Positions 1 to 8,676 of a stretch of DNA of 64,000 bases are shown one piece after another (within the stretch, counting starts at the first letter, position 1; the number at the start of each line of letters is the position of its first letter). The position numbers and the translations under genes are program-made. The stretch is from contig JAHDIR010000006.1 of assembly GCA_020630675.1 (NCBI GenBank), positions 21,132-85,131 of the forward strand, given 5' to 3'. The notes under the pieces are model-generated. The model was not told where the DNA came from. It saw only the letters and a program-made list of their open reading frames with translations, and searched no databases. The stretch is from Bdellovibrionales bacterium (GTDB lineage Bacteria > Bdellovibrionota > Bdellovibrionia > Bdellovibrionales > UBA1609).

Positions 1-159
1 GAAAAAATAAATATTTATAATTATGCCTATGGTTATCCCTGGTTTTATTTTGATCAGAAAAACTTTACTAAGCATTGGTTAGATCGGCTTATACACCTAC
101 CTATGTTTAAAAAACTAAAAGAAAATATAGGGTATAATCAAAGGTCTATGAAAATTTGA
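1..159 (+). CDS. 3' end of an unidentified CDS entering from the left window edge (52 codons, stop TGA 157-159)
   Basis: Frame 1 is open from base 1 (EKINIYNYAYGYPWFYFDQKNF...RSMKI*). It converges on and overlaps the end of the minus-strand radical SAM gene by 22 nt. No family recognised. Confidence 0.3.
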   Translation, partial: EKINIYNYAYGYPWFYFDQKNFTKHWLDRLIHLPMFKKLKENIGYNQRSMKI

Positions 160-992
160 CTGGTCAAACGTTTACGTAACTTTTGAGCCAGGTTGTATAA
201 AATAATATCACTGGTTGGTTTTAAGTCAGCGTAATTTTGCTTAAGGGTTGTAAGTAGTATTTTTTTGGGTTTTAGCATTCCTAAAACCTCAAGCAAATCA
301 CCAAAGTGCTCGTCAGTTGTATTTGAAATTTGCCCACTGACTAACATGGTTTGTACAGATAAATTATGAATTTTTTGCGCGGCAAAAATGAGTTTTTCTA
401 AATTTTGTCTTACAATAGGTGCGTTTAATTTTTTTAAAGTGATATCATCGGAACAATCAATTTTTAAAAATACATCATCAAATTTTTCAGTAGAAGCCAT
501 CGACTTTTTAGTCATAAAATGAGCTCCATTTGTGAGTAAAGTTAAATTAATATGCGAAGCTTTTTCGGCTTTCCATAAGTTAAGGTCAAATGCAATTTCA
601 CTAAATTGAGGGTGGAGGGTCGCTTCGCCGTTACCTGAAATTAGAAGAGTATCAATTTTTTGCCCACCCAACATAATTTCATCAAACTTTTCATTAATGC
701 TAGAAATAATTTCTGCACCAGATGGAAAATTGAGAGTTTTAACGGCGTTAATTTTAGTGGTTGTTTTTCCGAGGTGACAATATTTACAATCGTAGGAGCA
801 AACTTTTTGTGTTAAGGGCAGAATGTTTATCTCTAAGTGATGACCAAAATGTTTATTTTTTTTTAAATCAGAAACAATAGGAAATAGTGATTCGGAATGT
901 TGAGTTTCTTTTTTGATACTGTTCACAAAGGTTAATCGGTAATTAGGTCGAGAATCTAAAGAGATTATGACAGGTCTAAAATTCCTAGCCAA
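138..992 (-). CDS. radical SAM domain protein
   Basis: Canonical CX3CX2C cluster motif (VCSYDCKYCHLG) near the N-terminus and a GNGE-type glycine-rich stretch (ISGNGEATLHP). It is the last gene of the coupled minus-strand operon and overlaps the upstream gene by 28 nt. Confidence 0.8.
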   Translation of the reverse strand: MARNFRPVIISLDSRPNYRLTFVNSIKKETQHSESLFPIVSDLKKNKHFGHHLEINILPLTQKVCSYDCKYCHLGKTTTKINAVKTLNFPSGAEIISSINEKFDEIMLGGQKIDTLLISGNGEATLHPQFSEIAFDLNLWKAEKASHINLTLLTNGAHFMTKKSMASTEKFDDVFLKIDCSDDITLKKLNAPIVRQNLEKLIFAAQKIHNLSVQTMLVSGQISNTTDEHFGDLLEVLGMLKPKKILLTTLKQNYADLKPTSDIILYNLAQKLRKRLTSQIFIDL

Positions 993-1648
993 AAAGGCAG
1001 GTCTTCATTGTTTTGAACTAAGTAATCACTCATATTTTCTAAAGTCAGGCGATCTTTTGTTTGAGGAATAAAATTAAAGGGGTAAATTTTATGACGATGA
1101 ATTAAAATGATTTGATCTTCAGGTTTTACATTAAATTTATGTATATCTATAGAGACCTCTTTATTGAGGCCAAGCATTTTAGTGGGAAGGGGAGCGTATA
1201 TTCTACTTTGATCTCCAAACTCAGAGCTTAGGTCGGGGCTAGTATATAGGAGCTTGAGTTCATTTTTTGTTTTATGAAAAACATGTGGTTGGCCCACTTG
1301 CGCTCTAAATATAGTGTTTTCTACCAGCTGCAAAGCAATGATCTCTACACCCGAAACAAATTCCTCTTTGTTGTATTTTTGGTAATAGTAATTGTGTGCA
1401 AGTAAAAGAGCTGTTCTAAGGTTATTCTCATAAAAATCAAGATGGTCTAAAACCTCGAGAGGGGAAGTGTGGTCATTATCTCGTAGTTTTGAGCTATTGA
1501 AGTTAATAATCATATCTATCATTGGTTGAGGGTTTATAGGCCGTCCCCAAACGTTACAAGAAATAAGAAGTTTAGACGATTCGTCTAGATGAACATGTGG
1601 CGAGGGAAGAGAGTAATGGCTGCTATAAGAACGGTAATTAAACTTCAC
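965..1648 (-). CDS. hypothetical protein with a weak PP2C/SpoIIE-like pattern in which the usual metal-binding Asp positions appear substituted
   Basis: 227-aa ORF with a 4-nt overlap to the FHA gene upstream. GVEIIALQLVENTIFRAQVGQPHVF resembles the PP2C 'vanvGDSR' strand, and EDQIILIHRHKI resembles the 'gD.llLcSDG' strand, but the Asp residues are not conserved. The assignment is tentative. Confidence 0.45.
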   Translation of the reverse strand: MKFNYRSYSSHYSLPSPHVHLDESSKLLISCNVWGRPINPQPMIDMIINFNSSKLRDNDHTSPLEVLDHLDFYENNLRTALLLAHNYYYQKYNKEEFVSGVEIIALQLVENTIFRAQVGQPHVFHKTKNELKLLYTSPDLSSEFGDQSRIYAPLPTKMLGLNKEVSIDIHKFNVKPEDQIILIHRHKIYPFNFIPQTKDRLTLENMSDYLVQNNEDLPFWLGILDLS

Positions 1649-3657
1649 TCCAGACTCTCATATTTATCTAATTTTCTTTTAGCTTTTTGATAATATTCAT
1701 CTGTTTTAATATGTACTTTTAAAATTTCATTCCATTTATCTCTAGCCGCTGAAATATTACCCAGGCTCTCTTCTAAAGCTCCATCTGCATAAAGCCCCTT
1801 AGCCTTTGCCCTTAAATTTTCAAGAGATGAGGTTCTAATGTCTTCTGCTTGGGTGTTTTCAGGAAACTTGTTAAGAACCTTAAGGCAAGAGTAATAGCTA
1901 TCTTTATAGTTTTTATTTTCAAAATTATCTTGGCATATACTCATAAGCTGAGAAGACAATTTTTCTAAGTTGCCTTTTAAGCTTGAGATTTCTCTTTTGA
2001 CCATAGAGGCTTGCCCGTTGGAATGAGAGTAATTCCCTCTTAAGTACTGGTTATAAAGTTGAATTGATTTTTTTAACTGTCCTCTTTTTTTATTTTGTTT
2101 GGCTTGTAACAGTAAACGTTGACCTTGTGCAAGCCTTTGCTGTTTCATTTTATTTTGTTCTACTCTTTGTATTTTATCTAGTTCCATTTGTTCCCACTGA
2201 TTTTCTAAATTTGAAATCATTGGGTGAGCTGGGTTGAGAACAAGTAATGAGTTAAGGCAGTTATCAAGTTGACTTTTATTGGTAAATTTTTTGATTTTTC
2301 TTTGGCAATTCAGTGCGATTTGGTTGGATTTTTTTTCCACCTCTTGAGCTTGGGCTTCGCGCTCAGTCTTAATTTTTTGTTCTTGCTCTAGCTCAAGTCC
2401 TTGTTTGCATAAAACTTCCATGCGTTGAGAGTTTTTAAACTTTGGAATGATTTTATGTAAGCGTTCAATTTCTTCCAAACAAGAAAAGAACTGTTTTTCT
2501 GTGTAATTATTTTTTGCCATATTATAAATGTCTGAAGCAAGAAGCTCTTTTTCTTTTGTAAGACCATTTTGTTTTTTGATCACTTTTTGGTTGCTAGCTA
2601 TGGTTCGATTTTTTCGATGACCTTTTGTTTTGTATCCATATATTGCCGTTACTGTCAGAAGAGCAAGGGCCACCCTCATCAGAAGAATTGATTTATTTCT
2701 TTTTCGAGGAGAAACTATATCATTTTCAATAAATGAATTTTCCCAAGAGTGTGACGCTTCTTGAATGGATTCCACTTGGTAAATTTTTTCTCTGTATTTA
2801 ATGTCTCTAATTTCAATTTGAAGAGTTAACGACTTAATACTGATGGTATCATTGTTATAAAGGCGTATATGTTCTCCTTTTGGGAGTTTTTTTTCATTTA
2901 ACGATGTGCCATTTGAGCTTCCGTAGTCATATATATAGTAACCTTCACTGGTTTTGATAATTTCGAAGTGCTTACGACTTATAAAAGGGTAGTTTAAAAA
3001 TAAACTGCAGTTTTTATCACGGCCCATTAACCAAGAGCTCCCTTCAAGTTCATAAGACTTTTTGGGTTTTCCCGATGATGAAATAATATGTAGGGTGGCA
3101 GTCAGGGAGTTCAGGGCCGTCACAGTGTCTTCATCGGTATTGCTGTTAGGCGCAGTGGTAAGCAGTTGATCTTCTGGTATTTTTTTGGTCACACTGAAGC
3201 CGTCATTATCAGTGACATGAGTGGAGTCAGTCAGAGAGTTTTGTGCTTCAAAGTCGTTTGAGTCTGTGTTTGAGCTTAAAGGTAGAGAGTTCGTTGACTC
3301 TTTTGGTGTGTCGTCAGCACTGGGTAAATTTTCATCAGCTATGCTAACTTCTTGTTGAACTAAATTTTCATTTTTTAAAACAAATTTAAAATTTCGTACA
3401 AAAAACTCATGACCTTCTTTTAATTGCAAGCCTTCAACGAGTTCATTGTCAAATAAGAGTTCTCCTAATTTAGAAACGAGTTGAACTTCAAGGTGTTCTT
3501 CTTCATTAAGAAGTAGTTTGAGGTGAGTTCTTGAAATACCATTTTTTGCCGGTAAAACAATATCGCAGTCACTAGATCTGCCAACACTGTACTCTGTGTT
3601 AGGCTCTAACAAAAACTCATTAATTAGTTTATCTTCCAAGAAGAGAAGAATTTTCAT
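1645..3657 (-). CDS. membrane protein with two N-terminal FHA domains and a long coiled-coil/TPR-like C-terminal region
   Basis: FHA signatures GRSSDCDIVLPAKNGISRTHLKL and GRDKNCSLFLNYPFISRKHFEI...SSNGTSLN. One hydrophobic helix (LLMRVALALLTVTAIYGY), then about 330 aa of K/E/Q-rich sequence. Confidence 0.85.
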   Translation of the reverse strand: MKILLFLEDKLINEFLLEPNTEYSVGRSSDCDIVLPAKNGISRTHLKLLLNEEEHLEVQLVSKLGELLFDNELVEGLQLKEGHEFFVRNFKFVLKNENLVQQEVSIADENLPSADDTPKESTNSLPLSSNTDSNDFEAQNSLTDSTHVTDNDGFSVTKKIPEDQLLTTAPNSNTDEDTVTALNSLTATLHIISSSGKPKKSYELEGSSWLMGRDKNCSLFLNYPFISRKHFEIIKTSEGYYIYDYGSSNGTSLNEKKLPKGEHIRLYNNDTISIKSLTLQIEIRDIKYREKIYQVESIQEASHSWENSFIENDIVSPRKRNKSILLMRVALALLTVTAIYGYKTKGHRKNRTIASNQKVIKKQNGLTKEKELLASDIYNMAKNNYTEKQFFSCLEEIERLHKIIPKFKNSQRMEVLCKQGLELEQEQKIKTEREAQAQEVEKKSNQIALNCQRKIKKFTNKSQLDNCLNSLLVLNPAHPMISNLENQWEQMELDKIQRVEQNKMKQQRLAQGQRLLLQAKQNKKRGQLKKSIQLYNQYLRGNYSHSNGQASMVKREISSLKGNLEKLSSQLMSICQDNFENKNYKDSYYSCLKVLNKFPENTQAEDIRTSSLENLRAKAKGLYADGALEESLGNISAARDKWNEILKVHIKTDEYYQKAKRKLDKYESLE

Positions 3658-4550
3658 TAAAAATTTCCCTCCAATTGATTTTCACAATATTTATAGTTTT
3701 GAGTGGCCTCTTTAAAAAGTTTTTTTGATGGATCTTTAACCAAAAAAGTAACATTTCTAAATGTAGAGCTACAAGCTTGATACTGTTTTTGATCTTTATA
3801 CTTACGGCCTAACACCATATGATATTGAATGAGTTCTTGAATTTTCTTTCTAGATAAGCGTAAGTAACGCTGACAAAGCTCATGTTGAGGCTGTAAAGCT
3901 AGGCATTGTTGGAAGTGGAGTAAGCCACTTTCATACTGGCCTTTTTTAAAGTCTCTAAAGCCTTTGATGTACTGAGCTTGTGCTGGTAAGTTTTTGTTTT
4001 TGTTGCTTTTTTTAAAGTTTGAGTTGAGTAAAACGACGGGGGCAACTTCCCCTTTAGGGGTCACACTGGCAATATTCCTATTCTTAGGCTTAGTATTAGA
4101 AGGGGAGATAAGTTTAAACCCTAAAAGTAAAATCAGTAGACCAATAGTGATGGTCACTGGGTTTATTTTTGATTTTTTTCTTGGGGAGGAATAGTTTTTA
4201 TTTTTAGAAGATTTTTTCTTAGTTGATTTTTCTTTATAGATAATTTGTAATTCACTAGCACCCATCTGAATGACATCAGATTTGGTGACTTGGCTCTGTT
4301 CCATTTCATTTTTGTTAATATAAACTTTATTCTTGTCACTCATGTTTTTAATGTAAACTTTTTTATCACTCAAAATAACTTGGGCATGAAGTCGACTGAT
4401 TCTGTTATCTTTTGCTAATAATACTTCACAAGAGCTATCTCTACCAATTCGACTACGACCTGTTAGGCTTAAGCGAAAAGTCTCTCCTTTGTGCGGTCCT
4501 GCCGTCACTCGAAGATATAAATAAGAAGAGTCTTTTTGCTTACCGATCAC
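3657..4550 (-). CDS. FHA domain membrane protein with a TPR-like C-terminal part
   Basis: FHA signature GRDSSCEVLLAKDNRISRLHAQV, a Lys/Ser-rich linker, a TM helix (VTITIGLLILLLGFKLI) and a C-terminal helical repeat region. The start overlaps the upstream stop (4 nt) and the stop overlaps the next start (1 nt). Confidence 0.85.
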   Translation of the reverse strand: MIGKQKDSSYLYLRVTAGPHKGETFRLSLTGRSRIGRDSSCEVLLAKDNRISRLHAQVILSDKKVYIKNMSDKNKVYINKNEMEQSQVTKSDVIQMGASELQIIYKEKSTKKKSSKNKNYSSPRKKSKINPVTITIGLLILLLGFKLISPSNTKPKNRNIASVTPKGEVAPVVLLNSNFKKSNKNKNLPAQAQYIKGFRDFKKGQYESGLLHFQQCLALQPQHELCQRYLRLSRKKIQELIQYHMVLGRKYKDQKQYQACSSTFRNVTFLVKDPSKKLFKEATQNYKYCENQLEGNF

Positions 4551-6130
4551 TCTTGATCCTCTTTAGGAATAAAAGAAACAATGAAATAACTAATGTCATT
4601 TTTTCCATAGATAGAGGACATCATAATTTCATAATTGGCTCCTGATATTTCAAGCTCGTTTTGGTTCATTTGTCCTGGATTTAAAGAAGATTGGTCAAGT
4701 AAGTCTTTGAGGCTTAGTTTGAGGGCCTGATCATTTAATTGTTCAAGAGTGAGTCCAAGGTTATCTGGGCCTAAACCAATGCTTTCTGCGGCACTGGCGT
4801 TGATGGCCGCGATGGCTTGATGGGGATTGGTAATAGCTAACGCCGGAAACCCAATCATTTGTATAACGTTATTTATTTCATAAGTTCTATCATACTCACT
4901 GGTAGAGGATAAACTCATGCTATCATTGGGTGATCTTGAGAGAGAACTGTTTATGTTAGAAATTAGTTTTTGAGCACTTTCTAAGTTGTAATTGAGCTTA
5001 ATATTTCCTGTTGGGTTTTTTAGCTCTTCGTTGAGCTGAGCATTTATATTGACAAAAGGGTATTCAAAAAGCTTAAAGACAAAAAACATAAGTAAGCTAC
5101 CCACGATCAAAGCAATAAATAAAACTTGAATGTACAAGCTGATAGTGCGTCCATCATCTATAGCTAAAGAGCCCATGTCGTATAAAATAAATGAGTAAGC
5201 CGCAACGGAATGATTGCCAGTGTTGGCATTATAAAAGCTCATTGGAACGATGGCTCCAATTTCATTATGTGAAATTTGTTGAACTTGAGTTTTACCCTCT
5301 TGTCGGGCGGTATGAATAAAAGGAATATCAAGGTGTTCTCCAGCCTTTGAGGATGGGGCAATGACAGATCCATTGGCGTTTATAATAAGTGCTTGAAGAA
5401 CTCCAGCTTCGTTGGCTGCCGAATTAAGCTGCAACGAAGAGTGTAGCCCTTGGGCTAAGGTAGACTTATTAATTTCTGCTAAATTTTTTGCAATGGTTAG
5501 AGCTCTTCGTTGACTCTCTTTTTCAATACTCGATTTTAGAAGATTAATCGCAGGAAACGTTGAGAGAACTGTGATTAGAAAAATAATAGAACCCAATAGC
5601 CCGGCGAGAACCCACTTAAAGTCAAACCATTCAGCCAACTTATAAACTCCAGGTAAAACCACTTCGTCGAGATAGTTATTTAATTTGTCTTTATAGTCAG
5701 CAGAGGCACTCATTGGGTTTATTAAATTTTCTTTTGGTTCATCATGAATTGGTTCAGAATAGTTTAACGCTTGTGAGTCAACGGCGAGATGACCTAGTGA
5801 TTGAGGAGCGGCAAAGTCTACCGATGAAGGAGCAACGGTCATCGCTTGTTTTGTTATGGTTATGACAACATCATGTAAAGTAATTTTATCAGATTCTTTA
5901 ATAATTTGTTGATGAACTTGAACGCCATTAACAAAAGTTCCATTCCTTGAGTTTAAATCTGTTAAGTAAACCCCTTGATTTTTTATATTTAGTTGTGCAT
6001 GTTTTTTTGAAACTTGTGAAGATTCAATCACAATATCGGCCTGAAGAGATCGACCGATGATAAGTTGAGGTTTATCAAGAGGAAAACTTTGACCGGCTTG
6101 AGGGCCAGAAAGAATATTAAGTACCAACAT
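4547..6130 (-). CDS. FHA domain protein with two TM helices flanking a periplasmic sensor-like domain and a C-terminal cytoplasmic domain
   Basis: FHA signature GRSLQADIVIESSQVSKKHAQL...SRNGTFVNG. TM helices WVLAGLLGSIIFLITVLSTF and IQVLFIALIVGSLLMFFVF are separated by about 140 aa. Confidence 0.85.
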   Translation of the reverse strand: MLVLNILSGPQAGQSFPLDKPQLIIGRSLQADIVIESSQVSKKHAQLNIKNQGVYLTDLNSRNGTFVNGVQVHQQIIKESDKITLHDVVITITKQAMTVAPSSVDFAAPQSLGHLAVDSQALNYSEPIHDEPKENLINPMSASADYKDKLNNYLDEVVLPGVYKLAEWFDFKWVLAGLLGSIIFLITVLSTFPAINLLKSSIEKESQRRALTIAKNLAEINKSTLAQGLHSSLQLNSAANEAGVLQALIINANGSVIAPSSKAGEHLDIPFIHTARQEGKTQVQQISHNEIGAIVPMSFYNANTGNHSVAAYSFILYDMGSLAIDDGRTISLYIQVLFIALIVGSLLMFFVFKLFEYPFVNINAQLNEELKNPTGNIKLNYNLESAQKLISNINSSLSRSPNDSMSLSSTSEYDRTYEINNVIQMIGFPALAITNPHQAIAAINASAAESIGLGPDNLGLTLEQLNDQALKLSLKDLLDQSSLNPGQMNQNELEISGANYEIMMSSIYGKNDISYFIVSFIPKEDQE

Positions 6131-6479
6131 ATAATAAATCCCCCTGGTTTAAGTTTTGCACATTTTTATTTTTGGCCGTGCACTCTAAAACAGCCCAAGC
6201 TCCAAAAACGGGGGCCGCCAGTCGGAATGGCAAGACATTTTTTTGAATTTTTATAATTTCATATTTTTTTGAAAGATAAATAATATCAATACTAAACTTC
6301 ATAAAAAAAGTGTGTATCCATTGAAAGCCGGTACTGGTAATTAGAAATGCTTCATTTTCATCTAGAGGACTTCTGAACATTAAACCATTGTTGCGTTTAA
6401 AAAAGTCACTGGGTTTTTCAACAGAATTAAAAATAATAGCTCCTGTTTTTTTGTTTGTACAAACGAGAGGTGATTTCAT
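6117..6479 (-). CDS. DUF192 family protein
   Basis: Small protein with the DUF192-like pattern GLMFRSPLDENEAFLI...IHTFFMKFSIDIIYL...AVLECTA...GDLL. It is coupled to both neighbours. Confidence 0.6.
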   Translation of the reverse strand: MKSPLVCTNKKTGAIIFNSVEKPSDFFKRNNGLMFRSPLDENEAFLITSTGFQWIHTFFMKFSIDIIYLSKKYEIIKIQKNVLPFRLAAPVFGAWAVLECTAKNKNVQNLNQGDLLYVGT

Positions 6480-7375
6480 TAATTTCCTCCTGTTACAAAC
6501 TGGATAATCACAGGTGCAAAAACCATGATGAATACCGCGGGTAAAATAAAAAGCATCATAGGTATCATAATAGCTTGCGAGGCTTTGGCCCCTGCTTTTT
6601 CAGCACGAACAAAGCGCTCAAGTCTCATTTGAACAGACTGGTCCTTTAAGACTTGTGCAATACTTGCGCCAGTTTGATCGGCATCAATGACCACGGCACA
6701 AAAACTTGTGGCTTCAGGAATATCTAGTCTTTGTGACATTTTTCTTAGGGCATCAGCTCGAGAGCTTCCCAGCTTTATGTCTTTAAGTACGATAGAAAAT
6801 TCATTGGCAAGTGGGGTGTCTTTGGCTTTGTCGACAATTCTTTGTATGGCTCCGATGAAGTCTAACCCGGCTTCTGTTGACAAAGCTAATATATCTATGA
6901 AGAAGGGGAGCTCAACCACCACTGAAGTCGTTCTTTGTTTTTTTTCTGTGGCACAATAAAAATTGGGGAAGAACCAACCGAGAAGGCCAAGAACAAAGCA
7001 GAATACGGGGCTAAACCCTAACTGTAAGGCAAAGTTGAGTATAAACATGAGGGCGGGAGCCGCGACTCCCCATAAAATTTGTAAGCCAATAAACTCATCA
7101 ACATTCAGTTCTTGCGACAAACCAGCCGTTAAAATTTTATTTTCTACTTTACTACGATAATTCTCGTTTTTTACTTTTTGAGCGTAGCCAAGAGTAAAGT
7201 TATGAACCATAGACCTTGAAAAGTTAACAACAGGAGATTTTGATTTATTGGGTTCATCACCAGCGCCCCAAGCTAAGGCATCATTAGACGCTGTATTTTT
7301 GAGCAGGGTTGAGACAAATAGATAAACACTAAAACCAATCAAGCTCAGTGATGAGATTAAAATTATTGTGTTCAT
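6479..7375 (-). CDS. tadC: type II secretion system F family protein, Tad pilus platform (TadC/TadB-like)
   Basis: About 300 aa with an N-terminal TM, a single T2SS-F domain (ELPFFIDILALSTEAGLDFIGAIQRIV) and C-terminal TM helices. This is the typical TadB/TadC architecture. Confidence 0.8.
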   Translation of the reverse strand: MNTIILISSLSLIGFSVYLFVSTLLKNTASNDALAWGAGDEPNKSKSPVVNFSRSMVHNFTLGYAQKVKNENYRSKVENKILTAGLSQELNVDEFIGLQILWGVAAPALMFILNFALQLGFSPVFCFVLGLLGWFFPNFYCATEKKQRTTSVVVELPFFIDILALSTEAGLDFIGAIQRIVDKAKDTPLANEFSIVLKDIKLGSSRADALRKMSQRLDIPEATSFCAVVIDADQTGASIAQVLKDQSVQMRLERFVRAEKAGAKASQAIMIPMMLFILPAVFIMVFAPVIIQFVTGGN

Positions 7376-7418
7376 AAGTTCTAGTTGCTCCTTAAATTAT
7401 TTTCAGTCATATATAAGT

Positions 7419-8030
7419 ATGCTTAATTTAATTCTTGCCTCATCTTCTCCGCGTCGCCGTGAAATCCTATTAAAGTTTGGTTATAAATTTGAAGTAGTTA
7501 CAGTACAAACATCGGAAATATTTGAAGAAAACCTGAGCTTTGAGGACGCTTTATTGTTAATTTCTCAAACAAAAGTACAGGCCACTCTTAACTCTTTTTC
7601 ATCTCCTTTAGAAAGCCCGACCTTGGTCGTAGGAGCTGACACCGTCGTTTGTCTGGGTGACCAAGTTTTAGGCAAACCTTTAGATAATAGACAGGCCTTT
7701 GATTTTTTAAGTCGTCTTTCGGGTCAAATTCATCAAGTTAAAACATCCGTAAATATCTTTCACTCAGGGCTAAAAGAATGGGCGGGTTTTGTCGAAACCA
7801 CTCAAGTGAAAATGAGAAACCTTTCAAATGGCGAGATCGAAGCTTATATTCAGTCGGGAGAGCCTCAGGGAAAAGCCGGTGCCTATGCTATTCAAGGAAA
7901 AGGTGGAAAGTTGGTTGAATCTTTTCAGGGCTCTTGGCACAATGTTGTAGGCTTTCCTATAGAAAGTTTTGAAAACCTTATTCAGCAAAAAGGTTGGTCA
8001 CTTGATGTCCATTCAGGAAAACCTAAATAA
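7419..8030 (+). CDS. maf: Maf-like nucleoside triphosphate pyrophosphatase (septum formation inhibitor family)
   Basis: N-terminus MLNLILASSSPRRREIL and the C-terminal GAYAIQG motif. ATG 7419 was chosen over the upstream in-frame ATG at 7368. Confidence 0.9.
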   Translation: MLNLILASSSPRRREILLKFGYKFEVVTVQTSEIFEENLSFEDALLLISQTKVQATLNSFSSPLESPTLVVGADTVVCLGDQVLGKPLDNRQAFDFLSRLSGQIHQVKTSVNIFHSGLKEWAGFVETTQVKMRNLSNGEIEAYIQSGEPQGKAGAYAIQGKGGKLVESFQGSWHNVVGFPIESFENLIQQKGWSLDVHSGKPK

Positions 8031-8676
8031 AATTTTAAAACAAATTGAAGGCCTGAATTTACCACCTCACCGTTCCATTGAAATTGTTTCGGCGTGCAAA
8101 GCACAACCGATTCAAAAAATTGAAGAGGCGGTGAGTGCCGGTGTAAACGCTTTTGGGGCAAACTATGTCAATGAATTTTTGCTGCAAAAAAAGGAACTTC
8201 AGCAAAATTTAAATTGGCATTTTATTGGTTCTCTACAAAGTAATAAGTTAAAAAATATTGTAGGTGAAGTCAGTTTAATCCACTCTGTGAGTCGTTTTTC
8301 TACATTGACTAAAATAAATAAATTAGCCAAAGAAAAAAAAATAATTCAAGAGGTTTTACTGCAGTTAAATTTGTCAGGTGAAGACACTAAGTCTGGATTT
8401 AATGAATCAGATTTATTTGATAGTTTTGAAGAAGCCTTGGCTTTGTCTTCAGTGAGAGTGAGTGGGCTTATGACCATGCCTCCCGTTGGAGCCGGGGAGT
8501 TTTACTTTAAAAAGTTAGCACAAATTAAAGAGACACTAAATGATCAGTTTAACCCTGGATTGCCTATAGAAAAACTATCTATGGGAACCTCAGATGATTA
8601 TTTACAAGCTATTCAAGCTGGAGCAACACATATTCGCTTAGGAACTGTTTTAATGGGAAGAAGGAGTTATCAATGA
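8005..8676 (+). CDS. yggS: YggS family pyridoxal-phosphate-binding protein
   Basis: Conserved ...ACKAQP...AFGANYVNE and the C-terminal MGTSDDY...IRLGT pattern. ATG 8005 was preferred over 7969. Confidence 0.9.
   Translation: MSIQENLNKILKQIEGLNLPPHRSIEIVSACKAQPIQKIEEAVSAGVNAFGANYVNEFLLQKKELQQNLNWHFIGSLQSNKLKNIVGEVSLIHSVSRFSTLTKINKLAKEKKIIQEVLLQLNLSGEDTKSGFNESDLFDSFEEALALSSVRVSGLMTMPPVGAGEFYFKKLAQIKETLNDQFNPGLPIEKLSMGTSDDYLQAIQAGATHIRLGTVLMGRRSYQ

Noticed and set aside
138-992. The radical SAM protein as a viperin-like antiviral enzyme
   Set aside because: Only the generic CX3CX2C motif is shared. I could not see viperin-specific C-terminal motifs, and the gene sits in a Tad/FHA operon rather than next to defence genes. 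The evidence is insufficient.
6065-7160. Plus-strand ORFs (63, 90 and 65 aa) overlapping the DUF192 and tadC genes
   Set aside because: They lie antisense to well-supported minus-strand genes. They have low-complexity translations and no ribosome-binding context.
7368-8004. Longer N-terminal extensions for maf (start 7368) and yggS (start 7969) from the ORF track
   Set aside because: The extensions add non-conserved residues ahead of canonical family N-termini (MLNLILASSSPRR and MSIQENL). The internal ATGs at 7419 and 8005 fit the families better.
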